A stretch of DNA of 64,000 nt. Source: Phoronis australis. Its lineage: Eukaryota > Animalia > Phoronida. Where the stretch lies: positions 372,001 through 436,000 of the forward strand of contig NMRA01000261.1 of the NCBI GenBank assembly GCA_002633005.1, in the 5' to 3' direction. Within the stretch, counting starts at the first letter, position 1; each line of letters starts with the position of its first letter. Position numbers and translations under genes: made by a program. The notes under the pieces are model-generated. The model did no database searches. It was given only the letters and a program-made list of their open reading frames with translations, and was not told the origin of the DNA. Below, piece by piece: positions 1 to 12,400 of this stretch.

Positions 1-869
1 TCAGCCTGGAATCGAATCTGAACTCTCACAGACCAAATATTGCACTCGGTCATTGGCCAAGTACTTTAATGTTGATGTTAAAGTCAGCGGTCTCAAGTTT
101 AGCGAACATTTGGTAGAAAATGGTGAAAATTAGCAATTTGTAATAAAATCACAACACATCAGATTTTGTTATTTCAAAGCTCTGGTCAAAGCCAATAACT
201 ACAAGAAGTCTACACAATCTAACGATAATCCCAAAAATCCAAAAATGTGTTTTTCGGCCATAAAAGCGATAACGTCCCCACTGGCTGAATAACAAGTTAG
301 TATAAGAAAATAAAAAAATAGGAAATTACTCAAAGAACACACATTAGGAAAGGGGAATTTAATGCGTAAATGAACAAGGAAGAAATATGCATTAAGTTAC
401 AGATGAATTATATTTTGCCAGCATAACGGCATCTCCTCCTACAGTTGAAACATGAGAATCGTTCCGATTCATCAAAAATGGTCTAAAAAATTCCTTGCAA
501 TTTCTGCCACCAAAAGAAATAAAAACACGACCTGGCGTGAATTAGCTAAATTTTGGAAGCTGGTTGCAGTCAAAGTGTCATTTCGAAGATACAAATCATT
601 TTCTGTCAAGGTATGGTAAGACTGAAGAATATTTTGAGTGCTTGAGTAACCAGATTATTTTATAGAAAATGGGCAAGAACAAAACGTCACTTAAAGGGTT
701 CTAACTGAGCCTTTTTCTAATTACTGAGGTTGCAGTTCACGATTAGCAAATGTGTGGTATAGAATCTAAACAATGCTAATTTTCTTCAATCTGCAGAAAA
801 AACAGTGAAAAAATTAGGCTGTACCAGTCGGTGAAAGTAAAATGTGAAGAGAAGCTGGGGGATAGTTAC

Positions 870-3800
870 CTGTATCAAACTCTTCCAAAGATGTTTCTCG
901 TCTTCGCTTATCTCTGTAATAATAAATAAATGATAATGAGTATCTACCAGTGTTATACACAGCAAATGTTATGACAAGTGATCACTGTCAAATAATGAGC
1001 ATGACATTGAGTATCTACCAGACGAGTGTTATACACAGCGAATGTTATGACAAGTGATCACAATCAAATAACGAGCATGATATTGAGTGTCTACCAGACG
1101 AGTGTTATACACAGCGAATGTTATGACAAGTGATCACTGTCAAATAACGAGCATGACATTGAGTATCTACCAGACGAGTGTTATACACAACGAATGTTAT
1201 GACAAGTGATCACAATTAAAAAACGAGCATGATATTGAGTATCTACCAGTGTTATACACAGCAAATGTTATGACAAGTGATCACTGTCAAATAATGAGCA
1301 TGATATTGAGTATCTACCACTGATATACATAAAGAATGTCACAACTTGTGATAAGTGTGTAATGATAAGCAAATGATATCGAGTATCAACCAGTGTTATG
1401 TCATGACCAGTGATAATTGTGTAATAATAAGCAAGTATCTAGCATTGCTATATATAATGAATGTTATTATGACTATAGTGATAACTATGTAATCATAAGT
1501 GTGGACTAGTTTTATAGGAGCCCGCTTTCTTTACTCACGGTTGTGGGTTCGAGTCCCACTGGGTCACACTGCTAAACCCTTGAGTCAGGTTTCTAGCACT
1601 TTAGCTCAGTTTTAACTATATATTCATAACGCATAAAAATGGTTTAGGTGATCAGTGCAATGGGCCCACAAGCGCAACATGCGCACGTCTGTAGCAGACC
1701 GCCTGCAGTTTATAGCGATTATCTACCAGTGTTATGCACTATGACTGTCAAGACTATTGGTAACTGTGTAATAAAAACTATGACATAGAGTATCTTCCAG
1801 CTTTTCTCAATAAATGTCGTGACTATTGGTTACAGATTTAATTTCTATTGCCAAATCCATTATAATTTCAAACTCAGAGCTTCTCACTAGGTAACTTAAA
1901 GTTGCTGAGGTCTTGTTTTCTAAAACTTTCGATTCTTGGTTTTGAACTGTTTGTAATTGAAACTGGACAAGATTGTTTGAATTTTCCCAAAATTTTTATA
2001 ATTTGCAGAATAAACACGATGAGGTCACTGGCATTTGATTGCCAATTATGTTAACTTTCAGAATTTTCAGAGGACACCGATTATTTTTTTGCATCGATAT
2101 CAAAGATAACGGTCCAATTTGATGTATACAAAAATTGTTTCATCTGAATTTTAAACATCTTATTGGCCAATTTTGGGTTCAACACCTTAAACAAGTCTTG
2201 AGGATAATTGGAACAAGATTCAAATGGACACTGACAGACACATTGCAGACATCTTGAGGTGCAAGGTTGACAGTAGGGTAATCAAAATGTCTAGAGCAGC
2301 CACAAGAAATGGTTTAAAAAATTAATAACTTAATGCAGGAATGTTGTTAAATTGTTACAAAGAAAGTAACTTTTATAAACAAGAAATTGGCAGATATTAT
2401 GTAAAACACTAAAAAGAATGCAAGTTCTGAGGCATATACTTACAAATGATGATCTATGAACATGACTATGGCGGAGATTACATAAAACATCAGGAAAACC
2501 GCAACAGGACCCAAGACAGCTTGCCAGTACATATTAGCTAGAAATTAATTGTAAATCAAATTTTACACAATATTATAACAAGAGCAACGCGGAGTGTTGA
2601 AATGCGCCCATGAATGCATTGCAAATGGTATGCTTTTAGGGTTATTTATTTGTATCATAAAAATGGCCACTAGATGACGCAAAAACATCCAAAAACAGGA
2701 ACATGCCATATTTCATAAAAATGTGTCAAGGAACTTCAGAGAAACAACGGAAAACAGAATAAAATGAAATTGCCACTAGTGGTCACAGTGTCCGTTGGAT
2801 CCGCCTGAAAGTCGTCATCGTCTGTTGTTATCTTCATATAAATACACTTACTAAATTTAGTAAAGATCCTGCAGTGGGTTTAGGAGATACAACTATGGGC
2901 GCAAAACAAAACTACCGCTAGGAGGCACCACAGTAGTCAGTCACCATCATCAAAGGTCGTCTTCACACTGAGAACATGTATGCCAATTTTCAAATGTTTT
3001 GGTTGATACAGGGGTGAACGCCAAAAACAAGATTTGAAAACAGCAAAAATGGCCACTAGGTGGAGCAAAATACCTCGATTCCATCCAAAAACAGGAAGAT
3101 AACATTATCACACCAATAGATGCCTATACTAAAAATTTTATGAAAATCTGTTGAGGACCTTTGAAGATACAGAGTTAAACGTAGTCAACATCATATAAAT
3201 ACACTTGCTAAATTAAGTAAAGATCCTGCAAACAGTTTAGGCGATATAGCCATGAGCGCAAAAAAACTGCCACTAGAAGGCACCCCAGTAGTCAAAGTCA
3301 TCAGAAAATCATCGTCAGCCGTCCATTTCATAGTAAAATCATACATGCTAATTTTCACAATTATCCTGAAAACGGTTTGGTTGATAGTTGAGTGGACACC
3401 AAAAAACTCGAAAACAGTAAAAATGGCCATTAGGTGGCGCAAACTACGTCGAATCCATCCGAAAACGGGAGGATAGCATCATCTCACTAATAGGTGCCTA
3501 CATACCAAATTTCGTGTAAATCCGTTACGGACTTTTGAAGATACAAAGGTAAGCGTAAAAAACTAAAATTGCCACCACGGGGCACACCAGTAGTCGGATC
3601 CGTTTGAAAGTTCGCTCATGCCGTCCCATTCATGAATGGAACATATGTGCCAAATTTCATGAACGTATGTCAAAGGGTTTTGGAGATAGAGCAGTGGACA
3701 CCGGATGAACGCGGCACGGACGGAGATGATGGCATAATGCGTCCACATATAAATTTGTGGGCGCATAAAAAACATCTACTGAATGAACATAAATTCCTGA

Positions 3801-6800
3801 AAGTATTTTTACACCATTGCTCGATAATGGGATTTGTTCTAGGACACTGCATGGTAACAAATGATATTATTCTTTAGTCGGTATATCCCAGTACACGGTG
3901 GTTGGATATTTGCAGTGTAATTTACTGTTGTATGACAAGATTACAAATCATGGCCATCGATGTTCGATGGTAGGCGTTACCCCTTACATCATGAACAAGG
4001 TGGTCGTGGTTGACCCAATGCCAAGTTTTACACACAAAGTCGGCTACGACCAGCCTCGGCTGGCATCAGCATTTCAGCTTTCCCCTCAATCCTTCAGCGG
4101 GAAACAGTAAAATGTGTCTACGATGTTCGATTTGGTTATGACTGTACACTGTTAAATTGCGTTTTCACTGACTCAATAAAGTTGTTTTTGCCTTCGTTCC
4201 AGCTACTTCGAATGAAAAAAAATCTTCCAACTACGAGAGGGGTTAAACTTTTATTTCAAGATTGAAAGTCACTGAATCACCACACACATACTTTGATTAG
4301 CCACTCTGGGTGATTTGGTTGCACAAAAGGAAATGAAATAGATTTATCAGATTTTATCCGTAATTCGATATTTGAATCTCTATTAATATGTTACATTGAT
4401 ATTTAGCTGTTTTGGTGAACCCTTAAAAAACTTAGAACAAACTGAAATACAGCGGACATCATTTGTGCGTGGAAGCATTCATGACGCTGTGCGCCTCATT
4501 GAGGCCAGCAGGTTTTGCTGTGATGTTATTTTTGGAATGAGGTTATGCCCTTTTATACGAGGAAAGCTTGAGGAAGGTTGTAAAATACCGTAGACGCCAT
4601 GCAGCCATGAAGAAGCTGTTAATGAAAACGAAAGCTGAGAGATGACCAGGGTTGTAAGCCAACCGGTGGAATATCGATTGGTCAGTTGGCCGACCACTCT
4701 CAACTACAAAGAATACCCACGATTCCAGATTATTACCAATGACATCAGAGCATTTTGTATGATTTAATATGACAGCAAATTATGTAGAGAAGAGTTTTAT
4801 AAAATGAGAGTATTTGCCCTTCCACATTGGTTTATAGCACAGGCCAATTTTATTTCCTTATTTATAGTTATTTTTGTCCATAGTTTATCATGTATTTTTC
4901 TTTTTCTTTAAAAACCTGTGTGAAATTCTAAAAAGAAATTTCTTCTCGGTATGTTTAAATTGTGTCAGTATTTGTCACTAAAGATTTGTTCAATTGTGCA
5001 ACAGACAATGCATGCAAACCCTGTCTTTATTCCCGGTTAGAACCAGTATTTTGGTATGTTAAAGGCGAAGGCAACATTTTTTCATGTCATTTTGAGCTAA
5101 AATAAGGTTGGTTGGTTATCCTAGACATATTTTCCACTTAATTACAGCTTTTCGTAATTTTATTAATTACTCGTCTCCTACTCCGGAAGTGACGTTTTAG
5201 GAGGCAAGCATTTCCCGCCACTTGGTTTTGCATTGAGTTTACTACTTTTGTTTTGTGCTGTTTTTCAAGAATTGTCGCCACCACTTTCCATCGGCGAGTA
5301 TTCTGCGGCAAGATAGGTTAGTAGGGAACTCAACTACGTTGGATTTAGGGATTGTTTAGTGTGTTGTAAGCTGAAAATGACTGGAGTCGGTGACCCGTAT
5401 CACAGTGACAGTAGTGTGAGTGACGGAGACCTTGTTCACAGCAGTGGTGACGAGGAATTTTTTCACGGACATTCAGTGGGTGGGTACATGTTTGAGCCCG
5501 AGTATAACGAGGCAGAGTACGCACAGGCACAGGCAGCTGTTGAGAGAAACGAGGCGGCTACTGAGGACAGACGTGGTGACACATCTTGGTGCAAATGCAC
5601 TGTGTGCGTTGTTATGCCTACCTCAATGGAATGCTTGTGCTGTTCAGAGTTCGACGAGGCCAAGCCACTACTGGACATGGTTAAGTGGACCTCCGGCATA
5701 CCACGGACAGAGGAACAACTGTCCCACTTGCCAGAGTGTCCCGCGACACACTCCCACTGGATGGTGACCTGAGCACCCAAACTGCTTACATCGTGTCGTG
5801 TGACTCCCTCGCCACACACCTGGCACCTTCTAAATAGCTCCAACACTTTAGACAAGTCCACAATAAACTTATCAAAGTTTGGCTCACCGATCTGTTCACT
5901 GGACGACGAACTGTCCTCTTCACTGGGTGTCGAACTGGGCCTGTAATCACTCCCACTACTCAATATCGCTGCAGGGCTGCTTAGAGGCTCTGGGCTGGAG
6001 AAAACAGCACAGGGAGAATCACTACTGGTTCCAGGAATTGCACGCTCTGGGGTACGTTCGGAGGCACGGGTGACAGCAGATGAAGTGCCTCCACTGGCTC
6101 CAGTCACTGTACTGGCCACAGCTCGTGAGGCTTCTCGCTTCAAAAACGCACTTCTCGGGGGTGGTGACGGGGCACTGCCTGGAATCAACACAGACGGAAT
6201 GGCATCCTTCTTCAGGCGTTGTTCCGCAGGGACCTTCATCAGTTCAGCCTACAAATCCCTTTCATAATCGGACGGCAGAAAGTGCTTGCTACACACACGG
6301 TAATTCTCGACTGATTTGTATGTTGCGTGGACGGGTAACGCTGCGTTCTTCACACGTACGAGCCAAGTACGGCGAAGTGTGTCATCCATCGGAAAGCGAT
6401 GCTAAGGTACTCCCAAAGCACGCGTGAGACGATAATTAGTACATCCTAGTACGCAGCAACAGTGTGGCATTTTGACTTACTAGTAAATGAAAGCAAACGA
6501 CGATGGAACTTAACACAACCGAGGTAGAACAATGACTGACTCGGCAGCTCTCACAGTCAGTCTATATGAAAAGAAATTGGCGCGAAATGCTTGCCTCCTA
6601 AAACGTCACTTCCGGAGTAGCGGACGAGTAATTAACAAAATTACGAAAAGCTGTAATTAAGTGGAAAATATGTCTAGGATAACCAACCAACCTTATTTTA
6701 GCTCAAAATGACATGAAAAAAGGTTGCCTTCGCCTTTAAGATGCATGTTAAATTGTGGGTGATTTTCCAACGGGTTCTTATAAACCTATACTTCCATCAA

Positions 6801-9384
6801 CAACTTTCAACACGTAGTGCATGATTATATTATTTGCTGTAGTGTTGCGATTAAAAAAATCTGCAAACCTTCTTTCACTGCCCTTGGAGTACTTGAAATC
6901 TCAATGAATACATTCCTTGTCATGAAAATGTTAAAATAATCTAGGTAAATGTTTCAAACTACTTTCACTAAACAACCCTGCTGGCACGCACCTTCATTCA
7001 AAGTACCTTGTCTTAATAGGTTCTGCTTGTAAATTGCCTCCTAAAGAAACTTGGACCCCAGATAATTACTGTGTGTAACTGAATTATAGGCATAAAACCC
7101 TGATCCAGACAGAAGTTGCATAACTCAAAGTTGCTACTTTGGCCTTAGGGGAAAACTTGGCTATGTCTGTGACAGACAGACAGACACAAGCATACTGATG
7201 GGTGACTTCCCTAAACAACCTGACATTTACATGTTTTAAACATTTCAATGAAGATTACTTACAGGCAATAGTTCTGTGCACAGTAAAGTTCACCAATTTT
7301 GTTCTTACAAAGCCATCACCTGTGGAAGCAATAAGTTAACAAAAGATTGTTAATTAGTGTGATGAAACAACAAAATGCACAAATTTGAAATTTAAATCAA
7401 AACAAAACAGTGTGATCATGTTGAAAGCCTAGTGAAACATTATCTTAAACAATGTCTACAGAATATGAGCGCCATTCATATCAAAAGTTCTTAATTCTAA
7501 TAGGATCTACACCACCAAATTGAACAAAACGATAAAACAAAACATAATCATCTGAAGAATTTCGAATAGATAGCTTACTTGTCAGAGATATTAGTCTTAC
7601 CTCTGGGCGGTCTGATTTTCTCAGCAACTCCCGTACATTCAAAGTCCACAGGCTTGATAACAAACACAATGTAAAACTGGGCACCAACAAAAGCATCCCT
7701 CTGTGAATAGCCAAAGCAGAAGTTATGTTACAGCATGCAGGCTGATTATACACTGCCTGTAGGGTAATAACCAGGGACACGTCATATTACAATCTTCACA
7801 ATCAATAAAAACCTCACATCAAACTCGTCCCCAGAATGGAGAAACGAGCCGTTTTGGCCAAAAATATGCTTCAACTTTGACATTGTCCTTGAACCTTTTA
7901 CTCAAGCTACACATCGTTTCACCTGTTTCCACTTGCGTATTTCATCATAGTTTTAGAGATTGTACTAAGAACTACTTTGGTGTGACAGAGCCATTAGTCT
8001 GAATGACCCACATTGGCTGGGGTATGAAGAGCACAAAACAACAATTGTGCTTACTTTTAATTATAACCAACTTCTTTTATTTGGAGCATGGAGGAACGTG
8101 CTGATGTTAGTGGTAGATCTGCCTGCATTATTTTTTTTGTTTGACAATAGATCGAATTGGCTTGTGTACATAAGAGCTTAAATAGAGGTCAACCTGAATG
8201 TAGAGGTCATCTTTTAAAAAAGATCAGCCAGACCTCCTATACTTGTCAACAGGTGACGATACGTCTCGTCCACAACTGCCAAACAAAATATCACGGAAAT
8301 CGAAGGAATTTCGTGAGCTTTCTTAAAAGTAGAATCTGGTGGCACCTTCAACAATTGAACATACCGAAGGTAACAAAGAAATTGATGGTTTTTTATGTCT
8401 CGATTTATCAAAATGTAATCGTGACGCTCGGGGCATCTCGTTATTGAGCCCGGGGCAGAACTTGTGAACTATTTTAGTGTTAAAAATGAACATACTTTTA
8501 AGTCAAAAGAAACAATCGCCAAGTTGTATATAGTATGCAGCATTTATTAACTAAACAAAACAGTACAGTCGCTAGTACGTTTACTCAAGGGCAATCTTGA
8601 GTAGCGTTGTCGGACATTGTCGGTCTTTGTTCTAGGGTTTAAGTGCGGTGGGCGTGCGTTGTGATTGATGCGTATTAGTCGTTAGACGATGAAACCCCAG
8701 CGTTCTGCGGGGATAACTTATACGAGAACGATCACTTGCTTTGGGAGTAAATAGGGGTGAATTTAGAAATATAGTCGAGATGTTTAAGGGGCTAAACCTA
8801 AGTAGGCTTACGCATTCATAATTGCGAGCCCTGCTTTGGTTGAATTTGGTAGAGCCAAAATGTCGCGTCTGTACGACGCAAGAAAGAGTGACCTAACTCC
8901 CGAAACCCCGAGGTGGCCCGCTATTTATAGAGGGTGTCACATGACAAACCGAGCCAATGACAAGTCACCAAGTTAAAGTTCTTGGACTTGATGGTTCCTG
9001 ACCAAATAAGGTATGATCAAATTACAAGAATGTACTAGTACCGACAATGACCAACAGGTGTCATGCCAATACAGGGACAGAGATGAGATCATTCCTGTTA
9101 CAAAAATAACATCCAAGGTGACACATACAACAGCTTAGTGTGTACACTGCATGACAGTGCTACTTCTGTCACCATGGTTACCATGCCAGTAAGAGAACTT
9201 TCGTTTACGTACATGCCTTCCTGGTTTCTAGAAACAGAATGGCCAGTCACATAATTTGTCTCTGCCTACATACTGGATTACAAATCATAACCCCACCAAC
9301 TCTTGACTATCCAAAGTGGTTTTCAAAGGCATAATCTGGTCTATTGTTGAGCATTCTCAGGGGTCTTTTGTCCAGCAACACGCA

Positions 9385-9416
<32 letters not shown>

Positions 9417-12400
9417 CGCACACACACACACACACGGGCTGACTATTTACTACGCTTCAAAGAGTTATTAACAAAGTTTTTTCAAGGCAATATATATTCA
9501 TTGAAGAATGCACAGAATATACAAGGAAAATAATGACAAACCCAGAAATCACGAAGCATTATATCTGGGTTGTAGATGAAAGCAGTATACATAGAATTAA
9601 TAAGTAGTATCTAATATAAGTATTCAATTATCAACAAAGTCATTGGTGATACTATAATTGGTCGGCTTAAGATAAAAGCAACTAATGAGCATTTAAGATA
9701 AAGTCATGGGTTGAGGACGGCAGTTCGGTTCATATTTATAGACAAATAATTACAAGGTGCCATGGAACGGTCGCTGTTTTTAGTGAAACACAACAATGCA
9801 AGTGTTAAATGCATGGATTGGTTAGAGTCAGTACAACAAGAAATGTTTTAGGACTGAAAATTTTGTTTTGGAGATTGAAGACTTGTGGACTTTTTATGGA
9901 CTTAGAATAGGTAGTTGTTTTTGAAGTACTGACCTTCACCAAGCATGTTGGTGTGACCCCAGTAACACCTCAAGCAGAAGACACACAACTGAGGTCGACT
10001 ATTTCTGGTTTGATGTGATACTGTTCTCAAGACCCTGAGCAGTTTTTCTCCTCAATTTTTCACAGTAACATTCCGTTACTGAGGACACTGCACATAGAAG
10101 TTAGGCAGTGGGGGGTTATAACAGAGAGCACTACGCACATACCTGAACAGTTAATGCTGCTTTCTTTGTCATAGTCTGGTAAATGCGACCAAATTCCACG
10201 TTGTTGTCTAAATCAAACACTGGACACTGCAATGTAACCACAAGATCATAAACACGATACAGCTATCACTACTACATGGTTCACCAATATAACACAAACA
10301 ATATCAGCTTTTCTATAGTGCCAGGGAAGACCTTCAACTGGCCAATGTTACTGCAGGTTTTGTTTGGTTGCCTGGTAAAAATCCCAGATACCATGAAGTC
10401 ACCGATGGGAGTAAACCAGAAAGTACATAGGCGGGAGTTGGAATTGTTTGACAAAATTCTGATCATCTCATCTGCTTTACACAGGAGGTGAACGAGGGCA
10501 AAATGACAACCGCGTAGCACCCAAAAACGGGTGCCGCAACACGTAGAAGCCACGTACCTCCTTTTATTTGCTTGATATCTCCTTACAAAATCACACTGGC
10601 AAACGTGACTTAAGTTTCAAGAAAGACCATCAAATACATTTTCTCACTTTTACTTTTTAAACACTATAAACACTTCAAAATACAAAATGACATGACTGAA
10701 AACATGAAGCAGAACCCAAACATCATTCACACTCATGCACAATGCTGAATTCTCTTTGTCATAACAAGTTTAGCAGAACAAAACTTTCAAAACGAATTAC
10801 AAAATAGCCGATTATGATTGCAATTTTAAGTAGTCACCGAAACACAGTTGAGTATCCTCTTAAATAAAGAATTAAAGAAAAAAATCAACTCCCATCCAGT
10901 TTATGTTTGTCAGGCGTCTTACATTGATGCTCTGCAGTGACATGATAGCACAGATGTCATCCTCTGAAGTGAACTCAATTATGATAGACTCGACACCATC
11001 CGGGAATGTGAACTGGTAGTACTTTGGAGAGGATGGAGATACCAAGACCTTGCGCTCTTCATCTAGCCTGATACAGCAACACATACAAACGCATTATACA
11101 AAGTTTCATTTCTTTATTTATAATAACACATAAAATGACTGCCAGTAACATTCCAAGCATTCCTGAATCGAAATCAATAAAAATGCAACTTTCATGTTAC
11201 AATAAATGAAATAAAATTCATTTAATACGTTTCATGTTATTCAAAATTGACAACATTTCATTCGGGTATTACATTTTTTAGATGTAAAACAGGTCTTACT
11301 TGACTGTGAAATTCTCGACCATAGAGGCCACTAACGTACAGTTGACAGGCTGATGGCACGCAGTGGACACGTCTAAAAAGAATGTCTGATTCACCGTGGT
11401 GACACTTCTCTTGGCAAACTGAGTTAACTTCACGTGATTCTCTAGTGGACACAATGTACGAATTACACGTGGAAATTCGTATCTAAAATGATAAAGTAAT
11501 AACAATATTTGGTACTAATAACGCCAATATATGCCCTATTACCACATGCCTGGTATAGATCAAAAGAAAACCCCCAAGCAACACAATATACACCAATTAG
11601 AAATGAAGATAAGTACACAGTGCTCAGATGCGGGTAATTTTCAAATTTATATTTGATGAATGATGCTGCAGCAGAATAATTGTTAAACCCCCCATTTTGA
11701 GAGTGCACTCAAGAAAAGAGGACTAACTTGTAGAAAGCACCTTTCTAGACACCATCCTTTTAAGGAGATGCCATTCTGTCAAAAACGGCTCTATCTATTG
11801 CAATATATATAATATTTAAAATACTTTAAAAATTTTTCATGCAGTGGAAGACGGAACCTTAGGCGTTGATATGCGACCGCCATGTGCATCGGAACAGTAA
11901 ATAAATAAGGGGTGTTCATTTTTAAAAATATTTCCACGGTAGTTGGATCCATCCAATGTACAACATAAGTTAAGCAGGCTCTCCTCTTTAGAAACACATA
12001 AGACAAATAAACGACAAATTTTGTGGAAATCCATCAAAGAACTTGGCAGATATTACGGCAGATGCAGCGATAATTTGTCAAAAGGGTGCAACACAGAAGT
12101 CAGATCCATCCAAAAATCTGCCTTCCAGTCATTCTTTCCTCAATAGGTATAACTGTGCCAAAAGATCCATCAAGGAGCTTGAAAATATTGCCACAAGGGG
12201 GTACTGCAGTAGAACAGTCTGTAAATTAATGTTGGAAATTCTCTATTCAATGGGAATATATCTGCCAACTTTCATGATAATACTTCAAGTGAAAAGGGAG
12301 GCAGACACAAACACACACCAAAAGGACAGATCCACCTAAAACTGGACAGTTGCCATTGTTTACCTCATAGAATCTTATGAGTGCCAAATTCCATGAACAT

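Larger units (their letters stand above)
5063..6735. mobile_element. Internally deleted Kolobok-type DNA transposon in SIDT intron
   Basis: Near-perfect ~158-bp TIRs (5063-5220 / 6578-6735) beginning AGGCGAAGGCAAC, TTAA on both flanks (5059-5062, 6736-6739), and two convergent truncated ORFs inside. Confidence 0.88.

Noticed and set aside
395-437. Possible next SIDT micro-exon (GDAVMLAKYNSS)
   Set aside because: The phase is compatible, but there is no recognisable homology and the donor is weak; it cannot be supported.
935-1500. Regular repeat superficially like a CRISPR array (also 63379-63834)
   Set aside because: There are no unique spacers or cas genes and the context is a eukaryotic intron; it is an ordinary minisatellite.
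3191-3877. Cluster of short overlapping ORFs, recurring at 22.4-23.1 kb and 49.1-49.3 kb
   Set aside because: Chance frames in a non-coding interspersed repeat; the frames are not preserved between copies.
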